Assembly: GCA_034717495.1 (NCBI GenBank)
Contig: JAYELL010000001.1
Location: forward strand, 66,649 to 130,648
Reading direction: 5' to 3'
Source: Chloroflexota bacterium
GTDB lineage: Bacteria; Chloroflexota; Anaerolineae; JAAEKA01
Length of the DNA stretch: 64,000 nt
Under the pieces are notes generated by a model, which had not been told where the DNA came from, ran no database searches, and was given only the letters and a program-made list of their open reading frames with translations. Below, piece after piece: positions 1-9,254 of this stretch (the first letter of the stretch is position 1; each line of letters begins with the position of its first letter). Position numbers and translations under genes: made by a program.

Positions 1-968
1 AAGCCACCAAAATCTACGGTGGCGGCTTTCTTCAGTCCGGTCCCCAGACCATTGCTCTTCAGGACTTCGACCTGACCATCGAGGAACGGCCGGCCTCCAT
101 TACCACTATTGCCGGCGAGAGCGGCAGTGGCAAAACCACCCTGGCCAATCTTGTCCTGGGTTTCATCGAGCTGACCTCCGGACAGATTCACTACAAGGGC
201 CGGGACATTGCCGACATGAACAAGGCCCAGAGGATGGCCTACCGGCGCGAGGTCCAGGCGGTCTTCCAGGATCCCTACGCAGTCTATAATCCCTTTTATC
301 GGGTCAAACATATTTTTGACATCGTGATCAAGAACTTCAAGCTGGCCCGCAACAAACAGGAGGCCAAGGACATCATCGAGGATGCGTTGAATGTGGTAGG
401 CATGCTCGGTGAAGAGGTGCTGGAGAAATATCCCCACCAGCTGAGCGGCGGGCAGCGCCAGCGCATGATGGTGGCACGGGCCTACATGTTGCAGCCAAGC
501 CTGATCGTGGCCGACGAGCCCGTTTCCATGGTGGATGCTTCCCTGCGAGCCATGATCCTGGACATCATGTTGCGGCTGCGGGATGAAAAGCATATTTCCT
601 TCCTCTACATCACCCATGATCTCAGCACTGCCTACCAGATTGGCGATGAGATCGACATTCTCTACCAGGGATCAATTGCCGAGAAAGGGGATACCGCCAA
701 GGTCATCGAGAATCCCAAACACCCCTACGTGCAGGAATTGATCGGCTCCATTCCGGTACCCGATCCCAATGAGCGCTGGGACACCGATCTGGTCCTGCCC
801 ACCGAGGAGGAGTTGCGGGCCCATGCCGACAGCGGTTGTCGTTTCTACCCCCGCTGCCCCCATGACATGGAGCGTTGTCTTGAAAAGCAGCCCTTCCTCT
901 ATCAGATCGATGGCAGCGAACACCTGGCTGCCTGTTATCTCTATGATGATCTTCCTGTCGGCGAGTGA
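1..968 (+). CDS. ABC transporter ATP-binding protein, oligopeptide/dipeptide (OppF/DppF-like) type; 5' end lies outside the window
   Basis: In-frame Walker A (ESGSGKTT, ~nt 117), ABC signature LSGGQRQR, Walker B IVADEPVSMVD. C-terminal Cys-rich extension (CRFYPRCPHDMERC) typical of Opp/Dpp ATPases. Reading frame is open from nt 1. Confidence 0.8.
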   Translation, partial: ATKIYGGGFLQSGPQTIALQDFDLTIEERPASITTIAGESGSGKTTLANLVLGFIELTSGQIHYKGRDIADMNKAQRMAYRREVQAVFQDPYAVYNPFYRVKHIFDIVIKNFKLARNKQEAKDIIEDALNVVGMLGEEVLEKYPHQLSGGQRQRMMVARAYMLQPSLIVADEPVSMVDASLRAMILDIMLRLRDEKHISFLYITHDLSTAYQIGDEIDILYQGSIAEKGDTAKVIENPKHPYVQELIGSIPVPDPNERWDTDLVLPTEEELRAHADSGCRFYPRCPHDMERCLEKQPFLYQIDGSEHLAACYLYDDLPVGE

Positions 969-1039
969 TTCTGCTCGCGGACAGAAGCGTTTCGGCCTGA
1001 TCCCCCTTGATGAGCGTACCGTCAATACGCGCTACTCGA

Positions 1040-1290
1040 CCATGATTGGTGTCCAACATTCCCCCCCAGCCCCCCACAGGGGGGAGCTGCCGGAAATTCC
1101 CCCCGTTGGGGGGTTAGGGGGGCAAGTCTGGACTCCCGCGTTCCCCGCGTTTGCGAGGATGACAGCGGGAGAAAAGCGTACACGCAATGATCGGTATCCA
1201 TTCCCCCCTCCCAGCCGCTGCAGGGGGGAGCTGCCGGAAATTCCCCCCGTTGGGGGGTTAGGGGGGTCAGTGGTGGTTCCCAACTATTTT
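1040..1290. repeat. G/C-rich intergenic repeat block. Contains a 45-bp direct repeat (x2, ~1077-1122 and ~1222-1267) and a REP-like hairpin unit (~1128-1170) that recurs at ~25385-25430.
   Basis: The unit 'aggggggagctgccggaaattccccccgttggggggttagggggg' occurs twice. 'ggactcccgcgttccccgcg..gcgaggatgacagcgggag' has a ctcccgc/gcgggag inverted stem and a second copy near 25.4 kb. Confidence 0.6.
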
Positions 1291-1303
1291 CCGAGGCTTC
1301 GTT

Positions 1304-2698
1304 ATGACTGACACAAGGTCCCTGGACCCCACACAACGAGCCAGAATAGCGATCATAGCCATTCTCGTGATCCCAACGCTTGCCCTTATTGCCTACTTTG
1401 CCTACGTTTTTGTGCTGCGCGACAGGCTGGCAACCTGCCCTCCCGACTGTCAGCAGACCGATCTGACCGATGCCAACCTGCGGCAAATGAACCTTGCCGG
1501 TGCCAATCTGAGTAGCGCCACCCTCTCCGGTGTTGATCTGGCCGGGGCTGATCTGAGGAAGACCAACCTCTATTTTGCCAACTTCAAGGATGCCAACCTT
1601 CAGGGCGCGGATCTGCGGGAAGCTGATCTCAGGGGTGCCTTGCTTCATGGCACAGACCTCAGTGGCGCCAATCTTCAGCAGGCGGACCTGGGCGGCAGCC
1701 GGATGGCCTGGGCAAATCTAAGCGAGGCGGACCTGCGCGGGACGATGTTTCGAGGCACTGAACTTTCGGGAGCCAACCTGAGAGGGGCGCGCCTGGACGT
1801 GTCGACCACGCTCAGTCCCAAGTGGCGACAGGTGTGGGAAATCGTCAACAACGACCAGACAGGCCGCCAGCTTGCAGGCGTGGATCTGCGGGGTGCCAAC
1901 CTGAGTGGAGCCATCCTGGAGTCTGCTGATCTGCGGCAGGCCGACCTGCGAGACGCTGTTCTGTCCGGAACCAACCTTGCCGGCGCTCAACTGGAAGGCG
2001 CCCGATTGCAGCAGTCAAGCATCGATGGCCTGACCCAGTTGCCGGCCAAATGGTTCCAGACCTGGCAGATCGTCAACGAGACAGAGGAAGGCCGCAGCCT
2101 GGCAGGTATCGATCTGTCAGCGGCCAATTTGCAGGCGGCATACCTGCGGGCTGCAGACCTCAGTGCGGCAAACCTGGATGAGGCTGTTCTGCAGGAAGCC
2201 GATCTGCGCCAGGCCGATCTGCGCCAGGCCAGTCTACGCGACGCGGATCTCACCGAGGCCAGCCTGCACCAGGCTGATTTGCAGGGCGCCGACCTGACCG
2301 GCACCAACCTCAGTGGAGTCGATCTGCGCGAGAGCGATCTTCGGCAGGCTATTCTGGATGAGACAACCCTGATCTCGGACGGTTGGCGTACTGTCTGGCA
2401 GATCGTCAACGGCGGTGCGGTTAATGGGCAGTTCTCAGGGGCTGTGCTAAGCTGGGCGGACCTGGTGGGTGCCGACTTGTCGGGTGCCAACCTGCAGGGC
2501 GCCGATCTCAGTAACGCACTGCTGAAAAGCGCCGATCTGGCTGACGCCGATCTGTCGGGCGCCAGCCTATGGGGTGCCGACTTGACAGGTGCAGACCTGA
2601 CGGGTGCCGATTTACGCAACGCTGACCTGCGCTGGGCTGTTCTGGAGAGAACCCTGTTGAACGGTGCAATGCTCGAAGGCGCGATCATGCCGGAGTGA
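1304..2698 (+). CDS. pentapeptide-repeat protein with N-terminal transmembrane anchor
   Basis: N-terminal hydrophobic segment (IAIIAILVIPTLALIAYFAYVFVL). It is followed by >60 tandem A(D/N)LxG pentapeptides (ANLSGANL, ADLRGADL, ...). Confidence 0.85.
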   Translation: MTDTRSLDPTQRARIAIIAILVIPTLALIAYFAYVFVLRDRLATCPPDCQQTDLTDANLRQMNLAGANLSSATLSGVDLAGADLRKTNLYFANFKDANLQGADLREADLRGALLHGTDLSGANLQQADLGGSRMAWANLSEADLRGTMFRGTELSGANLRGARLDVSTTLSPKWRQVWEIVNNDQTGRQLAGVDLRGANLSGAILESADLRQADLRDAVLSGTNLAGAQLEGARLQQSSIDGLTQLPAKWFQTWQIVNETEEGRSLAGIDLSAANLQAAYLRAADLSAANLDEAVLQEADLRQADLRQASLRDADLTEASLHQADLQGADLTGTNLSGVDLRESDLRQAILDETTLISDGWRTVWQIVNGGAVNGQFSGAVLSWADLVGADLSGANLQGADLSNALLKSADLADADLSGASLWGADLTGADLTGADLRNADLRWAVLERTLLNGAMLEGAIMPE

Positions 2699-2699
2699 T

Positions 2700-2890
2700 C
2701 GGAGGTTCAGAGGTTCAGAGTATCAGAGGACAAGAGTATCAGAGTATCGGAGAAACAGAGTAACACTATAACAGGGAGTTGGTGGGTCTCGCAGATTGTT
2801 GACACTCCGACCCTCTGACACTCCGAGACTCCGACTCTCTGACATCCTGACATAATGATATTATACCATTTTGACACTAAAAGGAGCCCC
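2700..2890 (+). repeat. 8-bp-phased repeat array immediately upstream of the GH38 gene; candidate promoter or leader element
   Basis: Tandem octamers of NNNCAGAG type (gttcagag gttcagag tatcagag ...) followed by GACANNNN type (gacactcc gaccctct gacactcc gagactcc gactctct gacatcct gacataat). The array ends in ttgacact + aaaaggag RBS + ATG. Confidence 0.55.
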
Positions 2891-2892
2891 CC

Positions 2893-5800
2893 ATGCTACA
2901 TGAAATGCGTTGGACCGAAACGAAAATCAGGCAGCGTCTTGAGCTGATCGAGCCGTTGGTTTACCGCCGACGTCAGCCGTTGGCATCCTTCAGGCACATG
3001 ACCTTGCCTGATCCCCTGACAGATCCGCCCATCGGCATCGAGGTGGATGACAGTGATTGGGAGACCATTGAGCCCGACTCCTATTGGGGCATCTGGATGA
3101 CCGACTACGCGCTGCGCACGTCGTTCCAGGTGCCGCAGGACTGGGATGCCGACAGCCCTGTTGCCCTCTACTTGCCTTTGGGCGAGGCAGGAGACTTCAG
3201 CCATCCAGAGGGGCTGGCCTATATCGACGGCGAGCCCTACGCGGCCTGCGACCGTCATCACCAGGAGATACTACTACCCGACAAATGGCGCGATGGAAAG
3301 TCGCACCTGCTGGCCTTGCATACCTGGACCGGACTGGGTGGCTGGCGATTTGATTCCCCGGCTACCAAGCTCTTCATGCGCACGTGCGAGGTAGTTCAGC
3401 TGGACCAGCCGACCCGCGATTTTGTGGCAACAGCCAGGGTAGCCCTGGGCATCGCCAGCGCCCTGGACGAGAACGCACCGGCCAAGGGAAACCTTCTCAA
3501 CGCCCTGGACGAGGCGTTCAAGATCCTCGATACGCGCGCGCCACTCGCCGACCGGTTTTACAACAGCGTTGCCCCAGCGCACGCCGCCCTGCAAGCAGGG
3601 ATCGATCTGGCCGGGGCACCGATGGACGTGGACGTCGTCGGCGTGGGACACGCCCACATCGATGTGGCCTGGTTGTGGACCCTGGGCCAGACTCGCCGGA
3701 AATCGGGCCGCACCTTCCATACGGTATTGCGCCTGATGGAACAGTTTCCCGATTATCACTTCGTCCAGAGCCAGCCCCAGCTGTACGACTATATCCAGGA
3801 GGACTATCCCGGGTTGCTGGATGCAATCAAGGAGCGTGTTGCCGAAGGCCGCTGGGAACCTCTGGGGGGCATGTGGGTAGAGGCAGACTGCAATCTGAGC
3901 GGCCCTGAATCCCTGGCGCGTCAGTTTTTGCTGGGCCGCACCTTTTTCCAGGAACACTTCGGCCGCGATGCCGACTCTCCGGTGCTGTGGCTGCCTGACG
4001 TTTTCGGCTATGCGTGGGCATTGCCCCAACTCATCAAACAGGCGGGCCTGGACTACTTCATGACCATCAAGATCGGTTGGAACCAATACAACCGGCTGCC
4101 CTACGACAGCTTCTGGTGGCAGGGGCTGGATGGCACCAGGGTATTGACCCACTTCAGCACGACGCCGGACGTGGGCGGTGGTTTTGGTGCCAGCACGTAC
4201 AACGCCATGGCGGTACCCGAACAGGCCATTACCACCTGGACCAATTTCCAGCAGAAGGAGCTGCAGCAAGAACTGCTGATGATCTTTGGTTACGGCGACG
4301 GTGGCGGTGGACCCACGAGGGAGATGTTGGAGAATTTCCGCGAGCTGGAGGCTTTTCCGGCGACACCACGGATGCGGCAGGACAGCGCCGGTGATTTCTT
4401 CCGCAACCTTGAAACGACCTCCGGAGACCGCCTTCCGACCTGGAATGCTGAGCTCTATTTCGAGCTTCATCGCGGCACCTACACTACCCAGAGTCGCAAT
4501 AAGCGAGCCAACCGCAAGAGCGAGTTCTTGCTGCATGATGCCGAATATCTGGCCACATTAGCCGCCATGCTGGATTCTGGATATGAGTATCCTGCTGCTA
4601 CCATACGAAAGGCCTGGGAGTTGGTCTGCCTCAATCAGTTCCACGACATCATCCCGGGAAGCAGTATCAACCCTGTGTACGTCGAGTCCCTGGAACAGTA
4701 TGCCGAGATCGAGGAGATGGGGTCTGGCGTGCGAGACAAGGCTTTGCAGGCGGTGGCAACAATAATCGGCAGCGATATCCTGGTTGTGAACCCCACCTCC
4801 TTTGTCCTGGATGATCTGGCCTACCTGCCCGAGCAACTGCAGGCTGGTGAGCGTCTGCAGCGGCCCGATGGCGTGCCGGTACCGACCCAGGTGGCTGACG
4901 GTGGCACATGGGCCGCTACGGGCGAACTGGCTCCATTCAGCGTAACCCCGCTCGCCGTGGCCGGCGGCAACCCACCGGAGTTGGACACAGAACTCAATGT
5001 TTCGCCCACGCTGCTCGAAAACGCCTACCTCCGGGTGGAACTTGACCCGGCCGGTGACATCGTGCGCATTCTCGACAAGGCAAACGATCGGGAGGTGCTG
5101 CCGGCTGGTACGGTTGCCAATCAGTTCCAGGCCCTGGAGGACCGGCCAATGAACTGGGATGCCTGGGATGTGGACATCTTCATCGACGACAAGATGTGGA
5201 CTGCAGAACCGGCAACCTCGGTCGAGGTCGTGGAGGCGGGTCCGCTGCGGGCCACCCTGGAGATCCGCCGGCGCGTTCTCAACAGCAATTACGTTCAGCG
5301 CATCTCGTTGAGTCACAACAGCGCTCGCCTGGACTTCGATACCCAAATCGACTGGCGGGAACGTCATATCATGCTCAAAGTGGCCTTCCCGGTGGAGGTC
5401 TTCTCACCGGTGGCGACCTATGAGATCCAATGGGGCAACGTCGAGCGGCCCACCCACAGCAACACCAGTTGGGATTGGGCCCGCTTCGAGACCTGCGCTC
5501 AGAAATGGGTCGATCTTAGCGAGGGTGGCTATGGTATCAGTCTGCTCAACGACTGCAAGTATGGCCACGACATCAAGGACAATGTGATGCGCATTAGCCT
5601 GCTGCGCGGTCCAACCAGTCCCGATCCCGAGGCCGACCAGGGTGAACATCGTTTTGCGTACAGCTTGCTTCCCCACGCCGGTGGTTGGGGCGAGACGACA
5701 ATCGCGGCAGCCTATGCCTTGAATGATCCGTTGATTGTGTGGGTCAACCCAGGTGAACTTGAATCGTCGGCTCAGGCTACTCAGGTTGATGACTCTGGTG

Positions 5801-6093
5801 ATCGCCGCGTTGCCGTGTCTTCCCATCCCTCCTTCGTCTCGGTCGACCAGCCCAACGTGGTGGTGGAGACGATCAAACGAGCCGAGGATGGCAATGGTTT
5901 GATTGTGCGTCTTTACGAAAGCCAGCGCCGCCGTGGTCTTGTCACATTGACGGCGGCCTTTGAGGTTGCAGAGGCCTGGCATGCCAATCTCTTGGAGGAG
6001 AATGAGACGGAGCTGGAGGCCAGCGGCAACCAGGTGACCCTGTCCATCAAGCCCTACGAAATCGTGACCGTGCGTCTCATCCCGGTCGCCTGA
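2893..6093 (+). CDS. alpha-mannosidase, glycoside hydrolase family 38
   Basis: 1066 aa with GH38 N-terminal catalytic motifs (VGHAHIDVAWLW, LPDVFGY), followed by the central and C-terminal beta-sandwich regions typical of MngB-like enzymes. RBS aaaaggag sits upstream. Confidence 0.85.
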   Translation: MLHEMRWTETKIRQRLELIEPLVYRRRQPLASFRHMTLPDPLTDPPIGIEVDDSDWETIEPDSYWGIWMTDYALRTSFQVPQDWDADSPVALYLPLGEAGDFSHPEGLAYIDGEPYAACDRHHQEILLPDKWRDGKSHLLALHTWTGLGGWRFDSPATKLFMRTCEVVQLDQPTRDFVATARVALGIASALDENAPAKGNLLNALDEAFKILDTRAPLADRFYNSVAPAHAALQAGIDLAGAPMDVDVVGVGHAHIDVAWLWTLGQTRRKSGRTFHTVLRLMEQFPDYHFVQSQPQLYDYIQEDYPGLLDAIKERVAEGRWEPLGGMWVEADCNLSGPESLARQFLLGRTFFQEHFGRDADSPVLWLPDVFGYAWALPQLIKQAGLDYFMTIKIGWNQYNRLPYDSFWWQGLDGTRVLTHFSTTPDVGGGFGASTYNAMAVPEQAITTWTNFQQKELQQELLMIFGYGDGGGGPTREMLENFRELEAFPATPRMRQDSAGDFFRNLETTSGDRLPTWNAELYFELHRGTYTTQSRNKRANRKSEFLLHDAEYLATLAAMLDSGYEYPAATIRKAWELVCLNQFHDIIPGSSINPVYVESLEQYAEIEEMGSGVRDKALQAVATIIGSDILVVNPTSFVLDDLAYLPEQLQAGERLQRPDGVPVPTQVADGGTWAATGELAPFSVTPLAVAGGNPPELDTELNVSPTLLENAYLRVELDPAGDIVRILDKANDREVLPAGTVANQFQALEDRPMNWDAWDVDIFIDDKMWTAEPATSVEVVEAGPLRATLEIRRRVLNSNYVQRISLSHNSARLDFDTQIDWRERHIMLKVAFPVEVFSPVATYEIQWGNVERPTHSNTSWDWARFETCAQKWVDLSEGGYGISLLNDCKYGHDIKDNVMRISLLRGPTSPDPEADQGEHRFAYSLLPHAGGWGETTIAAAYALNDPLIVWVNPGELESSAQATQVDDSGDRRVAVSSHPSFVSVDQPNVVVETIKRAEDGNGLIVRLYESQRRRGLVTLTAAFEVAEAWHANLLEENETELEASGNQVTLSIKPYEIVTVRLIPVA

Positions 6094-6103
6094 CGTCCCG
6101 GTA

Positions 6104-6240
6104 AGGGCATGATATCCCAACTACGGAGCCTTGCCACGCGTGACGCCGCCCCACGGGATATCATGCCCCTGGGTACCCGCCGACGCCCGGCCACACGTGA
6201 CGACGCCCCATGGGATATCTTGTCCCCTGGGTACCCGGTG
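6104..6240 (+). promoter_or_regulatory. hairpin plus tandem ~55-bp palindrome-rich direct repeat between the GH38 and epimerase genes; operator-like
   Basis: gggcatgatatccc (6106-6119) is the reverse complement of gggatatcatgccc (6161-6174). Two ~85%-identical copies 'cac(g/a)cgtgacg(c/a)cgcccca(c/t)gggatatc(a/t)tg(c/t)ccctgggtaccc' each carry the palindromes CACGCGTG/CACACGTG and GGGTACCC. Confidence 0.5.
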
Positions 6241-6264
6241 CCTGTCATCAAGGAGATCATCACC

Positions 6265-7074
6265 ATGCCAAATCCCATCGGTAACGTCCGTCAAAAGGTA
6301 AAGATCGCAGCCGGCCTGTTCTGGGCGGATTACGCAGTGCTGGGCGCGCAGGTTCAGGAATTGGAGGCGGCCGGCGTCGACTGGTTGCATATCGAAGTGC
6401 GCGATGGCACCTATATGGACTTCGGCATGCCTCGCGGTGGCTTCGATATCATCGAGGCGGTGCGCAAAAGCACCTCCCTTCCGATCGAGGCACAGTTACA
6501 GATGGTGCGGCCGAGCTTCGATGTCTTTCGGCAACTGGCAGACCTGGGCGTGGACCTGATCACACTGCCGGTCGAGACGATGGCTGAACTCACAATGCAA
6601 GCCATCACCTTCATCAAGGACGCTCTCGATCTGAAGGCCGGCGTCTGGGCCTGGCAGGGTGTGCCGATAGCCGCGTTCGAGCAATACCTGTTACCTTTCG
6701 TCGACATCATCGAGTACGAGAGTCGGGCTCATTTCTGGGTCAAGGAAACTGGCAAGAGCCCTCACACCATGGACCCGATCATGGTCGAAAACATCCATCG
6801 TCTGCACACCATGATTCTTGACGCGGGGCTGGAGGAAAGAATCGATCTGATGGAGGACGGTGGCTTGAACGCCGGCAATGTGGCTGAGTTCATCGAAGCA
6901 GGCATGACCGTGGGCGAGTTTTCATCGCCGCTGCTCAAGGGACCCGATGGCAAATATCAGCCTGGCATCGGCCAGATCGAAGCAGCTGTGGCAAGGCTGC
7001 GTGCAGTGATGGATAAGGCGAGCGATACCTATCGAAACGAAGATGGGCTGATCAGCAGCCAACAGAAGAGGTAG
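6265..7074 (+). CDS. ribulose-phosphate 3-epimerase family protein, divergent, with non-canonical metal-site residues
   Basis: Collinear with RPE: IAAGLFWADYAVLGAQV / DWLHIEVRDGTYMDF / LPIEAQLQMV match IAPSILSADF.. / DWxHxDVMDGHFVPN / LPxDVHLMV. The conserved Asp (HxDVMDG) is Glu here and the DVHLMV His is Gln. RBS aaggag; start chosen after the repeat region. Confidence 0.5.
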   Translation: MPNPIGNVRQKVKIAAGLFWADYAVLGAQVQELEAAGVDWLHIEVRDGTYMDFGMPRGGFDIIEAVRKSTSLPIEAQLQMVRPSFDVFRQLADLGVDLITLPVETMAELTMQAITFIKDALDLKAGVWAWQGVPIAAFEQYLLPFVDIIEYESRAHFWVKETGKSPHTMDPIMVENIHRLHTMILDAGLEERIDLMEDGGLNAGNVAEFIEAGMTVGEFSSPLLKGPDGKYQPGIGQIEAAVARLRAVMDKASDTYRNEDGLISSQQKR

Positions 7075-7078
7075 GCAG

Positions 7079-8221
7079 ATGAAACAACTGGGAATCGCCA
7101 TGATCGGCTATGGCGGAATCGGCCGCGTGCACGCGATGGCCTACCGGACGATCCCGTTCCATTATGGCCTGGCCGCAGACACGTTCAGGATCGTTGGTGT
7201 TGCCACCACTCAGGAGACTACAGCCCGCAAGGCCGCGGCTGAGATTGGTTGCGAAAACTGGACGAGCGATTATCGGGACCTGCTGGCGCGCGACGATGTG
7301 GATCTGGTCGACGTCTGCGTGCCAAATCATAAACATGAGGAAATCGTCGTAGCGGCTGCCGAAGCTGGAAAACATATCTACTGCGAAAAACCACTCTCGA
7401 TGGATGTTGCAGAGGGCAAGCGCATGGTAGCTGCTTGCGAGCTGGCGGGAATAAAAACCCAGATGACCTTCAATTTTCGCTTTTTCCCGGCGATTACACG
7501 GGCGCGGCAGTTGATGGAGCAGGGCTTCCTGGGGCGCATCTTCTCCTTTCGGGGCCGCTACTACCGCTCCAGCTACATTGACACCAATAAACCCCTCTCC
7601 TGGCGATTGCGCAAGGAGATCGCCGGCGGCGGTGCCCTCTTTGACCTTGGGTCCCACGTGCTCGACCTGGTCACCTACCTGTTGGGTGATTTTGGGTCGG
7701 TACAGGCAACCATCGACACATTGATCAGGGAACGCCCGATAGCTCCCGGGTCGGATGAGATGGCCCCGGTGGATGTGGATGATATTGCTCTGATGCATCT
7801 GCGCATGGCCGATGGCACCCTGGGTCTTGTCGAGATCTCCCGGATGGGTACAGGTGCCACCAATGACCTCCAGATCGAGATATTTGGCGATCGGGGCGCG
7901 ATGCGCTTCAATTCGACCGACCCCAGTTGGCTGGAAGTGTATGATCTGCGGGACCCTGGTCAACCACTGGGCGGCATGAGGGGATTCCGTAAACTGGAAA
8001 CGGTGCAGCGCCACGAGGGTCAGAAGTCGCCCGACTGGTCGATGCCGCCAGGTTTTGTGCGGGCTCATGCCGAGTGTCAATACCAGTTCTTGCGTGCGAT
8101 CGTCGACGATGTCTCTTCCAGCCCGTCGCTGGCCGACGGCTTGCGTGTGCAGGAGGCCATGGAGGCGGCCCTTCAGTCCTCGGCCCAGAATCGCTGGGTA
8201 ACGGTGGAGGAAGTGAGGTAG
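7079..8221 (+). CDS. Gfo/Idh/MocA family NAD(P)-dependent oxidoreductase
   Basis: N-terminal Rossmann motif IAMIGYGGIGRVHA, EKPLS motif, C-terminal alpha/beta domain; 380 aa. Confidence 0.8.
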   Translation: MKQLGIAMIGYGGIGRVHAMAYRTIPFHYGLAADTFRIVGVATTQETTARKAAAEIGCENWTSDYRDLLARDDVDLVDVCVPNHKHEEIVVAAAEAGKHIYCEKPLSMDVAEGKRMVAACELAGIKTQMTFNFRFFPAITRARQLMEQGFLGRIFSFRGRYYRSSYIDTNKPLSWRLRKEIAGGGALFDLGSHVLDLVTYLLGDFGSVQATIDTLIRERPIAPGSDEMAPVDVDDIALMHLRMADGTLGLVEISRMGTGATNDLQIEIFGDRGAMRFNSTDPSWLEVYDLRDPGQPLGGMRGFRKLETVQRHEGQKSPDWSMPPGFVRAHAECQYQFLRAIVDDVSSSPSLADGLRVQEAMEAALQSSAQNRWVTVEEVR

Positions 8222-8291
8222 GATGACACGGAGACGCGGCGACGCAGAGACACGGCGATATTCTGACATTCCGACATTCTGACACACTGGC
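8222..8291 (+). repeat. 8-bp-phased GACA-type repeat array upstream of the ROK kinase gene
   Basis: gatgacac ggagacgc ggcgacgc agagacac ggcgatat tctgacat tccgacat tctgacac, then ATG at 8292. Confidence 0.55.
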
Positions 8292-9254
8292 ATGCTGAAT
8301 CCCTGGGTTATCGGCGCCGATTTGGGCGGCACCAAGATCGAGTTGGGCCTGGTTGATCCTGAGAACCAGGTTGTGGCCCGGAGGCGCATTGCCACCGAGG
8401 CCGAAAAAGGGCCCGATCACGTGGTCAACGGAATCGCTGGCAGCGTCGGCGATCTTCGCGCTGCCCTGCCTTCAGGAGCGAAGATAGCAGCTCTGGCCAT
8501 CTGCTCGCCCGGTCCGCTCGATCACGAAAGCGGTGTGTTGATGGACCCGCCCAATCTTCGCGGCCTTCATAACACACCCTTGCGCCAAATGCTGGAGGAT
8601 CGACTGCAGATGCCGGTTGCCCTGGAGCATGATGCTAAGGCCGCTGCTCTGGGTGAGCTTAACTTCGGTGCCGGCCGCGGGGCATCCAGTATGGTCTATA
8701 TCGTCGTCGGTACCGGTGTGGGTGCGGCCATAATCCTGGATGGCAACATGGTCCGCGGCGAACATAACTTTGCCGGTGAGGTAGGGCATATCACCATTGA
8801 CCGCTACGGGGAGTTGTGCCACTGCGGAAGCCGGGGCTGTGCCGAAACCTTTATCAGCGGTCCTTCCCTTGCGAAACGATATCGCCAGGCCATGGAGAAT
8901 GAGGGCAGCGCTGTAGATGCCCGGCCCATCTCGGGAGAGTTTGTGTCGGAGCTGGCTGCCCAGGGTGACCACCTGGCTGAAACCGTTATGCAGGCCGCCG
9001 GCGAGGCGCTGGGACTGGTCGTCGCTTCCCTGGCGATGACTGTCAATGTCGACCTGTATGTCATTGGCGGTAGTGTGGTCAATGCAGGTGACCTGCTGCT
9101 CGAGCCCGCGCGCCGTACTGTCCCCCACTATACCTTCCAGTCGGTGGGTGACAACGTGCGCATTGTTGCAGCCGGGCTGGGGGGAGTTGGACCCGTTCTG
9201 GGCTGTGCGTGGCTTGCCCGGCAGATCGACCAGGAGGATTTGCTGCAAAAATGA
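8292..9254 (+). CDS. ROK family sugar kinase (glucokinase-like; no N-terminal HTH)
   Basis: Begins directly with the ATP-binding motif IGADLGGTKIELGLVD. ROK zinc motif HCGSRGCAETFISG. 320 aa with no wHTH extension, so kinase rather than repressor. Confidence 0.75.
   Translation: MLNPWVIGADLGGTKIELGLVDPENQVVARRRIATEAEKGPDHVVNGIAGSVGDLRAALPSGAKIAALAICSPGPLDHESGVLMDPPNLRGLHNTPLRQMLEDRLQMPVALEHDAKAAALGELNFGAGRGASSMVYIVVGTGVGAAIILDGNMVRGEHNFAGEVGHITIDRYGELCHCGSRGCAETFISGPSLAKRYRQAMENEGSAVDARPISGEFVSELAAQGDHLAETVMQAAGEALGLVVASLAMTVNVDLYVIGGSVVNAGDLLLEPARRTVPHYTFQSVGDNVRIVAAGLGGVGPVLGCAWLARQIDQEDLLQK

Noticed and set aside
2700-2890. Possibility that the tandem short repeats are a degenerate CRISPR array
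   Set aside because: The unit is 8 bp with no unique spacers, no cas genes are present, and the arrays sit directly upstream of start codons at many loci.
3274-5367. Long antisense ORFs (420 aa at 3274-4536, 269 aa at 4558-5367 and many shorter ones) overlapping the GH38 alpha-mannosidase on the opposite strand
   Set aside because: Typical stop-codon-poor antisense frames of high-GC DNA. They have no motifs. The sense-strand GH38 call is strongly supported and fully occupies the locus.
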